NCBI GenBank assembly: GCA_000165345.1
Contig: CM000436.1
Span: forward strand, 320,001-384,000
Reading direction: 5' to 3'
DNA: 64,000 nt
Of this stretch, positions 32,525 to 44,397 are shown piece by piece (positions within the stretch are counted from its first letter, which is position 1; each line of letters starts with the position of its first letter). Both the position numbers and the translations under genes were made by a program. Under the pieces are notes generated by a model. It was not told where the DNA came from and did not search any database. It saw only the letters and a program-made list of their open reading frames with translations.

Positions 32525-33022
32525 ATGAAGAGAAGAACATCACCAACTAGAAAGAGAGGAAATGAGTGGCCAGGTTTGACTGATGATGAAATTGAAGAAA
32601 TAAGAAAAACCTTCAATTTATTTGATACTGATGGTTCTGGAACTATTGATCCAAAAGAAATGAAGGCAGCTATGCAAAGTTTGGGATTTGAAAGTCAGAA
32701 TCCAACAATGTATCAATTGATCGCAGATTTGGATAGAGAAGGTTCTTCAGCCATAGATTTTGAAGAATTTTTGGATGCAATAGCATCAAAGCTTGGTGAT
32801 AAGGATAGTAGAGAAGGGATTCAGAAGATATTTGCAATGTTTGATGATGATAAAACGGGAAGTATTACATTGAAGAATTTGAAAAGAGTAGCGCACGAGT
32901 TAGGAGAGACAATGACTGACGATGAACTAAGAGAGATGATTGAGAGAGCAGATAGTAATGGAGATGGTGAAATTAGCTTTGAAGATTTCTATAGTATCAT
33001 GACTAAAAAGACTTTTGTATAA
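32525..33022 (+). CDS. CEN: Centrin (caltractin), an EF-hand protein.
   Basis: 165 aa with four EF-hand loops ([48 protein letters not shown]). It also has the basic N-terminal tail typical of centrins, and is colinear with centrin-1/2. Confidence 0.9.
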   Translation: MKRRTSPTRKRGNEWPGLTDDEIEEIRKTFNLFDTDGSGTIDPKEMKAAMQSLGFESQNPTMYQLIADLDREGSSAIDFEEFLDAIASKLGDKDSREGIQKIFAMFDDDKTGSITLKNLKRVAHELGETMTDDELREMIERADSNGDGEISFEDFYSIMTKKTFV

Positions 33023-33092
33023 ATTAAAACTTGAAAATAGTAATATTAGTATTGAAATTTTTGTTCAACTCTGTTTGAATTTATTTCATAAT

Positions 33093-34562
33093 TTATTTTT
33101 TTGAATTACCAGATTCTTGGTCATTTAAATATTTGTTGAGCATCTTAGGAATTTCTTCTTGTATTGAAATACTTGTATCCCATAGAAATGAAAATAGGTG
33201 TATTATTATTGAACATATAGAAATCCCAAAAAGGCTATATATAAGAACTTGATTAGGTATTAGTTTGTAATTAAGCTTTATATTTGATGCTAAGAGGAAT
33301 ATATAATAAAGATCGGATTTAAAAAGCCAAGAATTTGATAAATTTGTAATATATATAATATTAGATATTGGAATTAAGACTATACCAATAATAAAAATCA
33401 TAGAATTCATTGGAGTTTGTGATTTAACTAAAACATGTATTGGTAAACAATAGCATATTTTTTTAGCCAATAGATTCCAAGTATAACATATACATGATCC
33501 AATATATATTGGTAAAATCATTGAGAATATTATAAAAATCATATTAATTAATTGATTACCACTATAATTTGGAGGATTCTTGACAACAATATGAATGATT
33601 AATGTTGCATATATAGATATAGTTAGTAATAATGTAAAGAACATTTGTACTAATTTAATAATAATAAAGGTGATATTTTGTCCTTTAGTCCTGAATCTCT
33701 CCTCCAAATTCTCAAAATATGAGCTTAATGCAAATACCTCACTTTTATATTTATATATTTTTTGTTTAAGAGCTCTTGTTTCCTGCCAAGACTTTAAATA
33801 TTTGCTTGTGTAGAATTCTGATTCAAGTCCTTTGGAGCTTTGATCAAACTTTCTTTTCAGATTCTCTCCTTTATTTGATAGTGCTTTAGAGATTACATAG
33901 ATTTCTTTTTTCTTTTCTTGATATAAATGAATATCAATTAGTTTTGGTCTTCTAATGATTGAAATTAAGTAGTTAATTGGAATCAAAACGCTAGCAACTC
34001 CAATAAATAATACATTAAAAATATACCCAATAAATAATAATAATCCAGCTGTTGCTATGGAGAATGTTCCATTAAAAATTAAAGGATCACTTGCACAATT
34101 AGCTTCATTGATATAACCAAGTAATGTTAATCTTATGCATGTCTCTTTTGAAATGCTACCTAAGTGAATTTCTTTGAAAATTGCATAATTACCACCAATA
34201 AAGATCCAACAAAATAATGTAGATAAGAATGAAGCTAGATATGGAGTGTAAGATCTATTTAGTCCAATTTTTGTATCAAACTGGGTTTCATAATAAAATA
34301 TTGAAAAAGGAATAACCAAAGAAGTGAATAAAATATTCAAATACATCACTACCATAAACAAAGCTCTCATATTAACAGTTCTGAATTCTTGAGACCCAAT
34401 AATTGGATATTCATTAATAATATTCACTGGAACTAACATAAAGTTTATCCATATTAACTGTAATCCTAGAATTACAACTATTCTTGTTACTAAAGCTTGT
34501 GTAAAAAATCCTAAAAAAGTTTGGTGAGTCAAAGTGGGAAATAGCTGAAAAACCTTTAGCAA
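33093..34562 (-). CDS. LMBR1-like multi-pass membrane protein; the true 5' end is probably a spliced micro-exon.
   Basis: About 9 predicted TM helices with a central charged coiled-coil loop (YQEKKKEIYVISK...). The motif IPFSIFYYETQF resembles the conserved LMBR1 PFAYFFxESEG segment. The ORF track start is TTG with no in-frame ATG until residue 42. A candidate ATG micro-exon lies at 34573-34590. Confidence 0.55.
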   Translation of the reverse strand: MLKVFQLFPTLTHQTFLGFFTQALVTRIVVILGLQLIWINFMLVPVNIINEYPIIGSQEFRTVNMRALFMVVMYLNILFTSLVIPFSIFYYETQFDTKIGLNRSYTPYLASFLSTLFCWIFIGGNYAIFKEIHLGSISKETCIRLTLLGYINEANCASDPLIFNGTFSIATAGLLLFIGYIFNVLFIGVASVLIPINYLISIIRRPKLIDIHLYQEKKKEIYVISKALSNKGENLKRKFDQSSKGLESEFYTSKYLKSWQETRALKQKIYKYKSEVFALSSYFENLEERFRTKGQNITFIIIKLVQMFFTLLLTISIYATLIIHIVVKNPPNYSGNQLINMIFIIFSMILPIYIGSCICYTWNLLAKKICYCLPIHVLVKSQTPMNSMIFIIGIVLIPISNIIYITNLSNSWLFKSDLYYIFLLASNIKLNYKLIPNQVLIYSLFGISICSIIIHLFSFLWDTSISIQEEIPKMLNKYLNDQESGNSKK

Positions 34563-34800
34563 GTTTACTTACCTTTTGAATCTTCAGCATCCTCGAAAAT
34601 ATAAATTAACCTTAGATTAATAAATAAAGCGATGGAATTGTAGAATATTATAAAACAAATTAAAATGAAATCCATAAATAATAATTCATAGCCTGTTTCA
34701 AATATTCTATGTTAACTTAAATGTTTTTTCCTTTGTTATTTATTAATAAATGTGAACTTATTTTTTTTTTTTTTTGCACTTCATTTAATTCATTCGTTTA

Positions 34801-34917
34801 AATTACGTCATTTTAAATTTGGCGCCTAAATAAATTCATGAACACTGTACCGGTATTCATGCACAATTTTTTTTTTTTCAGTTAATATATTTATCCACAT
34901 AAATCACACGTAATTAA
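34801..34917. promoter_or_regulatory. Bidirectional LMBR1-like / SMC5 promoter: AATTACGTCA, TTTGGCGCC, GTACCGGTAT, CATGCAC and CACACGTAATTAA.
   Basis: Positions are 34801-34810, 34818-34826, 34848-34857, 34858-34864 and 34904-34917. Confidence 0.55.
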
Positions 34918-35096
34918 AAATAATTGCATTAATCATTTTGCTAAAGAAGGTAATTGAGAAACTTTTTGGAGTTATTTTTCCTCAATTCCATCTTTCCTTT
35001 ATGCAAATTCTAAGAAATATATTATAGTAACTGAATGAATGAGTTGATTGACAAATTTTGAGTTAATGATAATACTGATTAAAATTCATAAATTTA

Positions 35097-38000
35097 ATGA
35101 CTGTAATAAGTAAAAAAGGAAGATTAAAGAAAAATATTTGTGAAAGTGAACATGAAAATGATGATAAAGAAAAACAAGAAGTTAATAAAAGTAATCGAGA
35201 ATCTGGAAAAATCGAAAATGGTACATTAATTTCAATAGAACTAGAGAATTGGATGAATATAAAAGGGCCAACAAAGTATTGTTTTAATAATGGGGTTAAC
35301 ATCATTACAGGATTAAATGGGAGTGGTAAAAGTAGTGTGGCTTGTGGAATTGCAATTTCATTAGGATATGATACTCATATATTAGCTAGAGGTCATTACT
35401 TGTCATCATATATTCGTAATGGAAATACATCATGTAGATTATTAATAGCAATAAATAATGAAAAAGAGCATGAGAATCATTATATATCAGAAATTGAAAG
35501 AGTTATCACAATTGTAGAATCTAATAGAGCTAATAAGTCAAATTTGCAACCAGAAATTAGATCAAGTTGGAAATTAAATGGTAAGAAATGCTTAGAAAGG
35601 GATATAATAGCCTTAAGGAAAGGGTTAAACATTCAATTAGATAATATGGTTGCATTTCTAGCTCAACAAAGAGTTAGTCAGTTTGGTTCTCAAAGTCCTC
35701 AAGAAATATTTATCGATACTTTGAGAATCATTTCCAATGGAGAAAATTTAAAATCCAAAAATTCTCAAAATGAAAATATAATGATTGATACTACTATACT
35801 ATCTGAATATAAATTTAATGAAAATGATTTATTGAATGTATATTACCAATTTTTAAATATATTTAAGGACTCAAAAGATTGTAAATTAAGACTCAGAGAT
35901 CATGAAACAAGATTATCACAATTAAGTAATGAAATATCGAAATCCAAACAAAATGAAATTAAATATATACAATACTTGTTAAATAAAATGGGAATCTATT
36001 TGATCCATTTTTTTCAATCATTGAATGATATTTCAAATGATAAAGTTAGTTTATTAAATTTAGATGAGAGAAAAAAGAAAGTTATTAAAGTTATTACTGA
36101 AACAAGAAATGAACTCAAAAAATTGGAAAATGAGTCTTCAAAGATTTTTAAAGAACTTGAATTGGCTAATAAAAAGAAAGAAGACTTTTTAAGAAATTTA
36201 CAACATGATAAACTTGATACACAATTTAACTCATTAATGAATAATTTAGATCAAGTAATCAAAAAGTTACAAGAAAGTTACACAGATCCAAAGCTTTTAC
36301 TTGAAAGATATCGATTAAAAATGAAAGGAATACAAGATCAGATAATTGATATAGAAAATAAAATAAAGTATAGCATGGAACAATTTGAGAATGAATGGAA
36401 ACCAACATTGGTTAGATGCAAATTATATGAAGAAGATCTCCCTCATAAATTTGATAAAGTTACTGCTGAGAAGAAGAGAAAGCTATTAGGAGAAAGTCTG
36501 AGTGAAGTTTCTACCAAAAAAATAACATTACAAAAAAATATTAAGGAATTTGAGTTTATGCTCTCAAAACTAATTGAAAAGAAAAATTCTATTAATTCTA
36601 TTAATCCTGTAAACTTTAGAGAAAAGGTTCTGAGAGAAAAGTATCTTAAAAATATTAATCAAAAGGCCTTGTCAAGTTCCAAAAGAGAAAATATTCTTCA
36701 ATATTTTCAAAAGTTGAATGAGTATTCTGCTTTTGAAAATTATTTGCCAAAAAAAAAAGTAATAGGACCAATTGGAAGCTATATTTCTGTTAAGAGTATT
36801 AAATTTCAAACATTAGTTGAAGCATTTCTACAACAATTTCATTATTACTTTATCTCGGAAAGAGAGGACGTTAAATTGTTAACAGAAAGGTACCGTTTAA
36901 ATGTTTTAACATTGTCTAATTCAAAAACACCAATTTACCCAAAACTTGATGATGAAATGAAGAGTCTAGGAATTACAGGATTTCTACATGAACATTTGGA
37001 TTTTGAAGATGATACTATGAAAAACATACTATATCAAATTTCTGCTCAATTCTTCACATGCGTAATTATTGATAATCCAACATTATCAGTTGAAGAAATC
37101 CAAGAAGATCAAATTCTATATAAGATTTCAGATTGGTTTAAAAGAAAATACGATCAACCTGGAAACAAAATATCCAATAATATTCATCTGTTTATTACTC
37201 AACAAAATGTTGAAAATTATCTAGATTCAAAGAATGGAATTTTATTTAAACTTGTAACTTCTATATATAATCCAAATTCAAAAACTATATCGATGATCAA
37301 TCTTGGAGATAAAATGAATACAGTATTATTAAATAAAGATATAGTCAAAGAAGAAAACTTTGAAATTGAGCAAGTTAATCATCAAAAAAGTTCAGTTGAA
37401 ATTGAAATTGAACAGTTAGAATTGAAGATTAAAGAATCTTATAATACTTTTCAAGAGCTTAAGGAACAATACGATGGAGAAACTGCTCTACTTAATATGA
37501 TTACTGAGTGTATTAGTAATGTTCCTTTTTTATTTGAGAAAATATCTAGTTTGAAAAAAAGACTTGTTAATCTTGAAAAAGATATGAAAGAAAATACTCC
37601 AAATGAATCAGAAATCAAATTAAAGAATCAAAAACTCATTAAGTCTGCATTTATGGGTCAAAATCCATTGGATGATTTATCAGAGTCTATCGTTTTTAAA
37701 ACCAGTATATTTAATGAATTAAACAAAATTAATAAACTATTTCTAGAAATTTCTACTCAAGATTTTACTAAAAATAAGGAATTGAATGAAAAAGTTATTC
37801 AATTAAATACTAATTATTCATCATTTCAAAAAGAAATCATTCAAAAAAAAGAAGAAATAAGAAAATTTGAATTAGAAATGAATCAAGTTAATGAAGATTA
37901 TGATAAAATTATATCTAATTTGGATATTAAAAGAAAGGCTTCAATAGATTCTTATCTTCAATACTATTCAACTTATTGTCAATATTATAAGAGATTAAAG

Positions 38001-39023
38001 TATAATGATTTTAACAAAGGTTCTAATTCTAATCATAAATCAAATGAAAATATTTATGAATTTATTTATAATAAAATTGGTAAATGTGAAAATAATCAAT
38101 CTCAAGATCAAAATGATTGTGATAATGATAAAATCAATAGATCAAATTGGGATAATCATATTTCTGATGTTCCAGGTGTTAAATTCTTTTCATTTATAAT
38201 AAATGGAAATAAACCCTCATCAATTAATTGTGAGAAGATTCCTGATTATTGTTTAGAAATGATTAGTCAAGTATCGTCTGAGTTTGGACTTCTTAAATGT
38301 GAAAATTTACAATTTAAAGAAATAATGAATAATACATTAAAATATTCATCAAACTTGAGGAGTTACAATAATCAAATATTAAATCATGGAGAAGAAGAAA
38401 TGAAAGAGAATACTATTCTAGAAGATAATGAAGTTAAAGTAGGAAAAAGAGGTATTAAAAAGATTTCAAAAAATAATTCTTCTAATCATTTAACTCTATT
38501 TGATATTTTACTTGATAATGATGAATATAAAATAAGATATGAAAATCTATTTAATACAATAACTAGCTTAGAAGCCAAGACTCATAATACAAACTTAGAA
38601 AGAATGGCAGATTTAGAACAAGAATTTGAGATTTTAACCAAAGAAAGCCAAGATTTATCTAAAAGGATTATTATATATGAAGATTTTGTTTCTAAACATT
38701 ATAAGAAATGGATTGATCAATTAAAAATGATTGAAGATGTAGTTTCTCATTGTTTTGGAATTTTTATGAGATTTATTAATGATAAACATAATGGAAAGAT
38801 TATTATTCCTTTTATTAATAATTTTCTACTTTTTATGAATACTTCAATGGATACAGGTAATGAAGCTATATTTAATTATTTTGTTGATAATTTTGAAAAT
38901 GATTCAAAACTTAATATAATGGTTAGATTTAGTCCTGATGAAGATTTAAGATTATTTTCATCAAACTCAATTTCAGGAGGTGAACAATCTCTTTGTACTA
39001 TTCTTTTTATATTATCTTTACAG
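35097..39023 (+). CDS. SMC5: Structural maintenance of chromosomes protein 5 (SMC5), exon 1.
   Basis: The N-terminal Walker A head (ITGLNGSGKSSVACGIAISLG) is followed by about 1000 aa of coiled coil with a hinge, then the signature motif SGGEQSLCTILFILSLQ. The exon ends at the CAG|GTAAGT donor (39023/39024). Confidence 0.8.
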
Positions 39024-39076
39024 GTAAGTTTGAATGAATAAATATGGAAATATATTTATTTTTCTATCATTTATAG

Positions 39077-39379
39077 GGACTTTGTAATGGAAATTCATTC
39101 AAGTTATTTGATGAAATTAATCAAGGATTAGATAATTCACGAGAAATTAAACTAATGGAACTTTTAGATATTTTAACAAATAAAGAGAAAACCGAAAATT
39201 TATTAAAATTTAAAGAATATGAAAATAATTATGGAGAAATATATGAGAATATGAAAATTTCATCAAATTATAAAGATAATCAAATAATTATTATTACTCC
39301 ACATATCTTCCCAGGAGTAATTTTTGAGAACTTTTCAATACACTTTGTATTAAATGGTCCAGGATTTATAATAAATTAG
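39077..39379 (+). CDS. SMC5: SMC5, exon 2 (Walker B / D-loop and C-terminal tail).
   Basis: After the 53-nt intron (GTAAGT...TTTATAG, 39024-39076) the frame continues GLCNGNSFKLFDEINQGLD. This is the SMC5-type Walker B (DEINQGMD in SMC5 versus DEFDVFMD in SMC6). The exon is in phase with exon 1 and ends at TAG 39377-39379. Confidence 0.7.
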   Translation, partial: GLCNGNSFKLFDEINQGLDNSREIKLMELLDILTNKEKTENLLKFKEYENNYGEIYENMKISSNYKDNQIIIITPHIFPGVIFENFSIHFVLNGPGFIIN

Positions 39380-39392
39380 TTCAAGTGTATTT

Positions 39393-40787
39393 TTATTCGA
39401 GAAATTCTTGAAAAAATTTATACCAATTTGGATTATCTTGTATTCTTACAATAATGAATCCAATAGAGCCAAATCTCCAAATTAAATTTAAAGCAAAAGA
39501 AATTCTTCTAATTAAGCTGGCTAATTTAGGAGAATCAATATTACCATGGAAATTATTATGATTACCAATTCCAACACAAAAATAAATATCAACAAATTTT
39601 CCTTTAAATGATTTTTGTGAAAGTTCAAGTTCTTGTTGAGTAATTTTAAAATGATGAATATTTTTTGACAAGATTTCTTCCATATTAGCTTGGAATTTAT
39701 ATTTAATTATCATAATAATAGTAAATATGACTAAATTAATGGTTTCATTTCTATTAAAATTATGTAGATCAACAACAACTTGAGAATTATGATTTGATTT
39801 GGTTGAAAAGTAATCAATAAAATAATTATTTTGTGAGTTAAAAACAAGATTAAAGAGTCTTTTTTGAAGATTAAGTCTATCAATTTTAATAGAATTAATT
39901 TTATGTTTAAATTCTTGACTCTTTATTGCTTTATATTCACTTATATTAGAGTTATTTAAGATATTATTAAGTTCAGAATATTTTAATTTCAAAGACAAAT
40001 TCAAATCTTGAATTTGATTTTGTAGAATTTCTATTTCTTTCAAACTCTCTTTACTCCTAGAACTAAGTTTCATGTCTTTAATTTGTATTGAATTTGATTC
40101 ATTTCCAGGTCCTTCTGGTGGCCAATTTTTATTTTTTCCTTCTTTAACTTTGAATAATCTTGGAGAATTGAATATTTTAGTTAGAATACTACTAAATATA
40201 TTCATTTCATAATGAATTAACTCACTTTGAATCTCAAAAATATTCCATGGTTTTTTCCCCAGCTTAAGAATATCCCTTTGTATGCTATTATTATTATTAT
40301 TACTACTCTTTAAGGGATTTATCGGATTACTACTAGTTTGTTGATTTTGCGTGCACACAGACAAATATGACAATTTATTATTTTGTTTAAGAAAATCTTT
40401 CATATAAGTATCCAATTCATCATTTTGAATCTGATTAAAGTAGAAATTTAAGTTCAAATATCTATTAAAATCTATATTATTATTTAAATCCTGATATTGT
40501 TTGTCAAATTCACCGGAATTTTTAGAAGATTCTTGAAAATCGAACTGACAACAATCATTATAACCCTCTTTGATTGAAATTTCAGATAACTTCTCATATA
40601 ATTCGTTTATAATATTATTCATTTCATTTTCGTAACTATACTCTTTATCGCAGCTAGATAACTGTTTACATAGCTTAAGGTTTTCCTTAACTAAGTAATC
40701 AAAAATGTCTCCTATTATAACATCAGGGATATCACTAAAAATCTCAGACATATGCTTAACCACATTGTCACGAGTGTATGATTTCAT
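39393..40787 (-). CDS. Smr (small MutS-related) domain protein with an N-terminal CUE-like region.
   Basis: The C-terminal ~110 aa match the Smr domain pattern: VVVDLHNF...ETINLV and FCVGIGNHNNFHGN, compared with Smr LDLHG...GKGNHS. The stop is only 13 bp from the SMC5 stop on the other strand. Confidence 0.6.
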   Translation of the reverse strand: MKSYTRDNVVKHMSEIFSDIPDVIIGDIFDYLVKENLKLCKQLSSCDKEYSYENEMNNIINELYEKLSEISIKEGYNDCCQFDFQESSKNSGEFDKQYQDLNNNIDFNRYLNLNFYFNQIQNDELDTYMKDFLKQNNKLSYLSVCTQNQQTSSNPINPLKSSNNNNNSIQRDILKLGKKPWNIFEIQSELIHYEMNIFSSILTKIFNSPRLFKVKEGKNKNWPPEGPGNESNSIQIKDMKLSSRSKESLKEIEILQNQIQDLNLSLKLKYSELNNILNNSNISEYKAIKSQEFKHKINSIKIDRLNLQKRLFNLVFNSQNNYFIDYFSTKSNHNSQVVVDLHNFNRNETINLVIFTIIMIIKYKFQANMEEILSKNIHHFKITQQELELSQKSFKGKFVDIYFCVGIGNHNNFHGNIDSPKLASLIRRISFALNLIWRFGSIGFIIVRIQDNPNWYKFFQEFLE

Positions 40788-40986
40788 TATTTATTCTTAA
40801 TATTACTTTTAATTAAATTATTAAGTGAAATTTTGTCCCCAAAACAATCCAACTCAACTAGACCTCAAACACCATATAAATTACCGTTCACTATTCCATT
40901 CATCCTAATAATGGATAGCTTTTTTTTTTTTAATAAAAAATTAAAATTTATTCTAATAAATTAATTTTTTTTCCCCCGAAACCATA

Positions 40987-41293
40987 TTCCCGCTCAAAGT
41001 CACCTGGTACATGTGAAAAAGGATGTGTGCAATGGTAGAGACTGACATTTGTGACAATGGAACTCAGTAATTTAAAAAGAAAAAGAAAAGAAAATTCTTT
41101 TTAACTCAGATATTTAAACATATTTCCGTTCATTAATAATAATAATAATAAAATATAAATATATATGTTAAAAATAAATATTTATTGAAATTATTTAATT
41201 AAAAATTAAAATAATTGGATCCACATAAATTATTTTATTATAATTACGTGTATTAATAAAAAACACCGGTATATGCAAGTAAAATTTGCATGT
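40987..41293. promoter_or_regulatory. Smr / calpain divergent promoter region: TTCCCGC (E2F-like, reverse), TAATTACGTG, ACACCGGTAT and TTTGCATGT.
   Basis: Positions are 40987-40993, 41241-41250, 41263-41272 and 41285-41293. Confidence 0.45.
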
Positions 41294-41623
41294 AAAAATA
41301 GCTTACGTGGCATGATTTTTATTTTTATTTTTTTATTTTAAATTAATAATTTAAGTATAAAGAATAAATGGTAAATTAATTTTTTTAATTCAAATGAATA
41401 ATGTCAATTGGTAAAGATAAATATCTAATCGTGAATTTTTGGTACTTTTATTTCTAATATAATATAATTAAAGAAAATTGTTAGATGGAATTAATAAATT
41501 TGGATGAGTGAAAATATTTTCTGTCAAGTTAAAATAGTAAAAAGTACAAGTAAAAAGAAAAATTATGTTGATAAAAGTTAAATAATAACATTTCAAATAT
41601 AATAAATTAAAAATTTTGGAAAT

Positions 41624-44335
41624 ATGTTAATATCAAAGTTATTTAAAAGAAAAACAACAAATACATTGAATCATGTGGATAATGTAAATGTTGAGACTGA
41701 TCAACTATTTGAACTTAAAAAAATGGTTATGGAAAAATACAAAAATTTGATGAGATTAAAAAGAAATGATCAAGATCAAATAGATTATCGAATTTATATA
41801 GAATCATCATTTATCAATGATTCTTGTTTTTTGCCTCCACTTTTAATCGATAAAAAACCAGGAACAAAGCTTACAAAGTTAAATAATGATCAAGCACAAT
41901 TTTTGTTGTTAATGTTATTATATAATCAACAACTATCATTTCAAGAGAATATAATAAATCAATCAATTAATATTTGTTTGAAGGAACAATATATATTAAT
42001 AGTAGAACAAATGGTGAGAAGTTTAATGTTATCAAAGAAACAGAAAAAAATGGTAGTAAAATGGAAGAAGTTGAATAGTAATGTAGAATTATTTCCAATT
42101 AGTAATTTTGTGAATATTACTTCGAGTAATATAATACAAGGATTTATTGGAGATTGTTCATTTATTGTTGTGTTATCTTTATTGCTAGAGCATGAGAAGA
42201 AATTTGATTCAAATTTATTATCAAATCTGATAAGTCCAATAAAATTCTCAATAAAGAATCAAAATCATCAGAATCAAAATAATACTAATGGTTATCAAAA
42301 AATTCATAATTATGAAAATAATAATAATAATATTAATGAATTGGATGATGTGTTATGTCTTTATAAATGTAAATTATTAATTAATGGTATTTGGAGAAAT
42401 ATTTTTGTGGATAGTTTAATTCCTATTGATTCTGGAAATAATTGTTTGTTATCACATTTTGATTGTAATAAATATTATGGTATAACCTTAATTGAAAAAG
42501 CATATTTAAAAGTTATGGCAAATAGATATGATTCTGTTGAAAGTAATCCTTCAATAGATTTATATTATTTAACAGGATGGATACCTGAAACTATTTCTAT
42601 TAAATCACATTATGAAAAAAAAGGGAGCTATTTTCTAAATTTATGGAATCGTATAAAAAAGCCAATACAAAATGGATATTGCTTAATGGCTTTGGGTACT
42701 AATGAAATTAATTCAAATATTGATAATCATGCAAGATTAAGTCCTAGTAATTATAGAAGTTCTCGAGATAAACCACTTAATAGATTTGATAATGAAATTG
42801 ATAATAATCAGTTAGAATATAAGTTTATTTCAAAAGAAGATATTTGTAAAAAAACTGGATTAGTAACTAAACATGCATATCAAGTTTTAAGAATTGTTGA
42901 ACTAGTTAATCAAGAAAATGATTCTATTCGCAGATTAATTTTATTAAGAAATCCATGGGGAAAAATCAGTTGGAAAGGAAAATTCTCAAAATATGATAAA
43001 GAAATATGGACTAATGAACTTGTAGAATTATTAGGTAATCATTTTAATTATAAAGTTAATCAAGATAATGGAATTTTTTGGATTGAATGGAATGATATAT
43101 TGAAATGGTTTTCACATATATATTTAGCTTGGGATCCTGAAAAAGTATCCAAACATTTAAAAAAAGTACATGGTAAATGGTTACCATGCCCACATAATTC
43201 AATATTAAAAGATGATTTACATCTTTTATATTTTTATCCTCAATATAAGTTATCTATTGATACTAAGTTAATAAATAAATTAAAAATGGATCATTCAAAT
43301 TTATTGAATGAAAAAGAATTCATTAATCGAGACATTAATAAACCACAATCAAATATTAATGATTATAAAAGATTAAAGTTACATTTTGATTCAAATCAAA
43401 ATGATTATATTGAAGATTATTCAAAAAATAATCTATTTGTAAGAAAATGGAAAAAATCCGATATTATTGATTATGAAAATTATAATGTTGGTGATATTTG
43501 GATTGTATTAAATAGACATATTGATTATTTGGAAGCAAAAGAATTTGATGATAATTACAATAAGCCAGATATTAATAATATACCTTTTATGTCAATAAGT
43601 ATATTTAGAGGTAGAAGCCGAATAGTCACTCAAGAAAGGTTACCAATTATGCAAGGTGTCTATAGTAATGGTAATGTAATTACATTCAAAACAAGTATTT
43701 TTCAATTATTAAGAGAATATGAACATTTTGATTTACAAGAAAATAAAGATTTTGTATTAGTTATTACTCAATATCAAAGTAATAAAAGTTTTAATTATAC
43801 ATTAAATATATATAGTAATTTTGAAATGAGTATTAAGTTATTGGATTCTTATTTTCAAAAGATTATATATCCTATTAGTAATAATTATAGTTTTATAGAA
43901 ATTAATGGTAAAATTCTACATTATAATTATAGTGAAAGATATTATATTAGTTTAATGAGAAATTCAAAAATTAAATTGGTTCCTGCTATATCTAATAAAT
44001 ATTTTAATTTAAAAAGCGAAACAGATAAAGTAAATACTTTAAATTCATTTAAAAGTGAGTTATCTGATGAACATTTCAGAGTTTTAATATTATTAGAAAT
44101 TAAAGAAAAATGTAATAATTTCAAGTTAAGGATTTTTCCAGAAACCTTTGATGAACAAGACAAAATCACTAAATTGAGTTCCAGTAATGATTTATATAAT
44201 AATAGTAATTGTAAATTTACTACATCCATTTGCAGTTATGGTAATTACTTTATTTTGATTGATTTCAAAGAAAAACAACAAGATTTTGTAAAAGGCAACT
44301 TTTTTAAGCTTATTATTTATTATCAAAAAATTTAA
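41624..44335 (+). CDS. Calpain-like cysteine protease.
   Basis: The catalytic triad context is conserved: QGFIGDCSFIVVLSLL (Cys), TKHAYQVLRIV (His) and LILLRNPWGKISWKG (Asn). A long C-terminal non-catalytic extension follows. Confidence 0.8.
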   Translation: MLISKLFKRKTTNTLNHVDNVNVETDQLFELKKMVMEKYKNLMRLKRNDQDQIDYRIYIESSFINDSCFLPPLLIDKKPGTKLTKLNNDQAQFLLLMLLYNQQLSFQENIINQSINICLKEQYILIVEQMVRSLMLSKKQKKMVVKWKKLNSNVELFPISNFVNITSSNIIQGFIGDCSFIVVLSLLLEHEKKFDSNLLSNLISPIKFSIKNQNHQNQNNTNGYQKIHNYENNNNNINELDDVLCLYKCKLLINGIWRNIFVDSLIPIDSGNNCLLSHFDCNKYYGITLIEKAYLKVMANRYDSVESNPSIDLYYLTGWIPETISIKSHYEKKGSYFLNLWNRIKKPIQNGYCLMALGTNEINSNIDNHARLSPSNYRSSRDKPLNRFDNEIDNNQLEYKFISKEDICKKTGLVTKHAYQVLRIVELVNQENDSIRRLILLRNPWGKISWKGKFSKYDKEIWTNELVELLGNHFNYKVNQDNGIFWIEWNDILKWFSHIYLAWDPEKVSKHLKKVHGKWLPCPHNSILKDDLHLLYFYPQYKLSIDTKLINKLKMDHSNLLNEKEFINRDINKPQSNINDYKRLKLHFDSNQNDYIEDYSKNNLFVRKWKKSDIIDYENYNVGDIWIVLNRHIDYLEAKEFDDNYNKPDINNIPFMSISIFRGRSRIVTQERLPIMQGVYSNGNVITFKTSIFQLLREYEHFDLQENKDFVLVITQYQSNKSFNYTLNIYSNFEMSIKLLDSYFQKIIYPISNNYSFIEINGKILHYNYSERYYISLMRNSKIKLVPAISNKYFNLKSETDKVNTLNSFKSELSDEHFRVLILLEIKEKCNNFKLRIFPETFDEQDKITKLSSSNDLYNNSNCKFTTSICSYGNYFILIDFKEKQQDFVKGNFFKLIIYYQKI

Positions 44336-44374
44336 AAATATGTTATCACAAGATTTATTCTAAATATTTTTTTA

Positions 44375-44397
44375 CACGTCATTTTTGCATGCATGCA
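44375..44397. promoter_or_regulatory. ACACGTCATTT and TGCATGCATGCA in the convergent spacer after the calpain gene.
   Basis: Read directly. The motifs lie downstream of both flanking genes. Confidence 0.3.

Noticed and set aside
34573-34700. Alternative upstream ORF MDFILICFIIFYNSIALFINLRLIYIFEDAEDSK as exon 1 of the LMBR1-like gene.
   Set aside because: It ends in phase 1 at the only available GTAAGT donor and cannot be joined in frame to the main ORF with any nearby AG acceptor.
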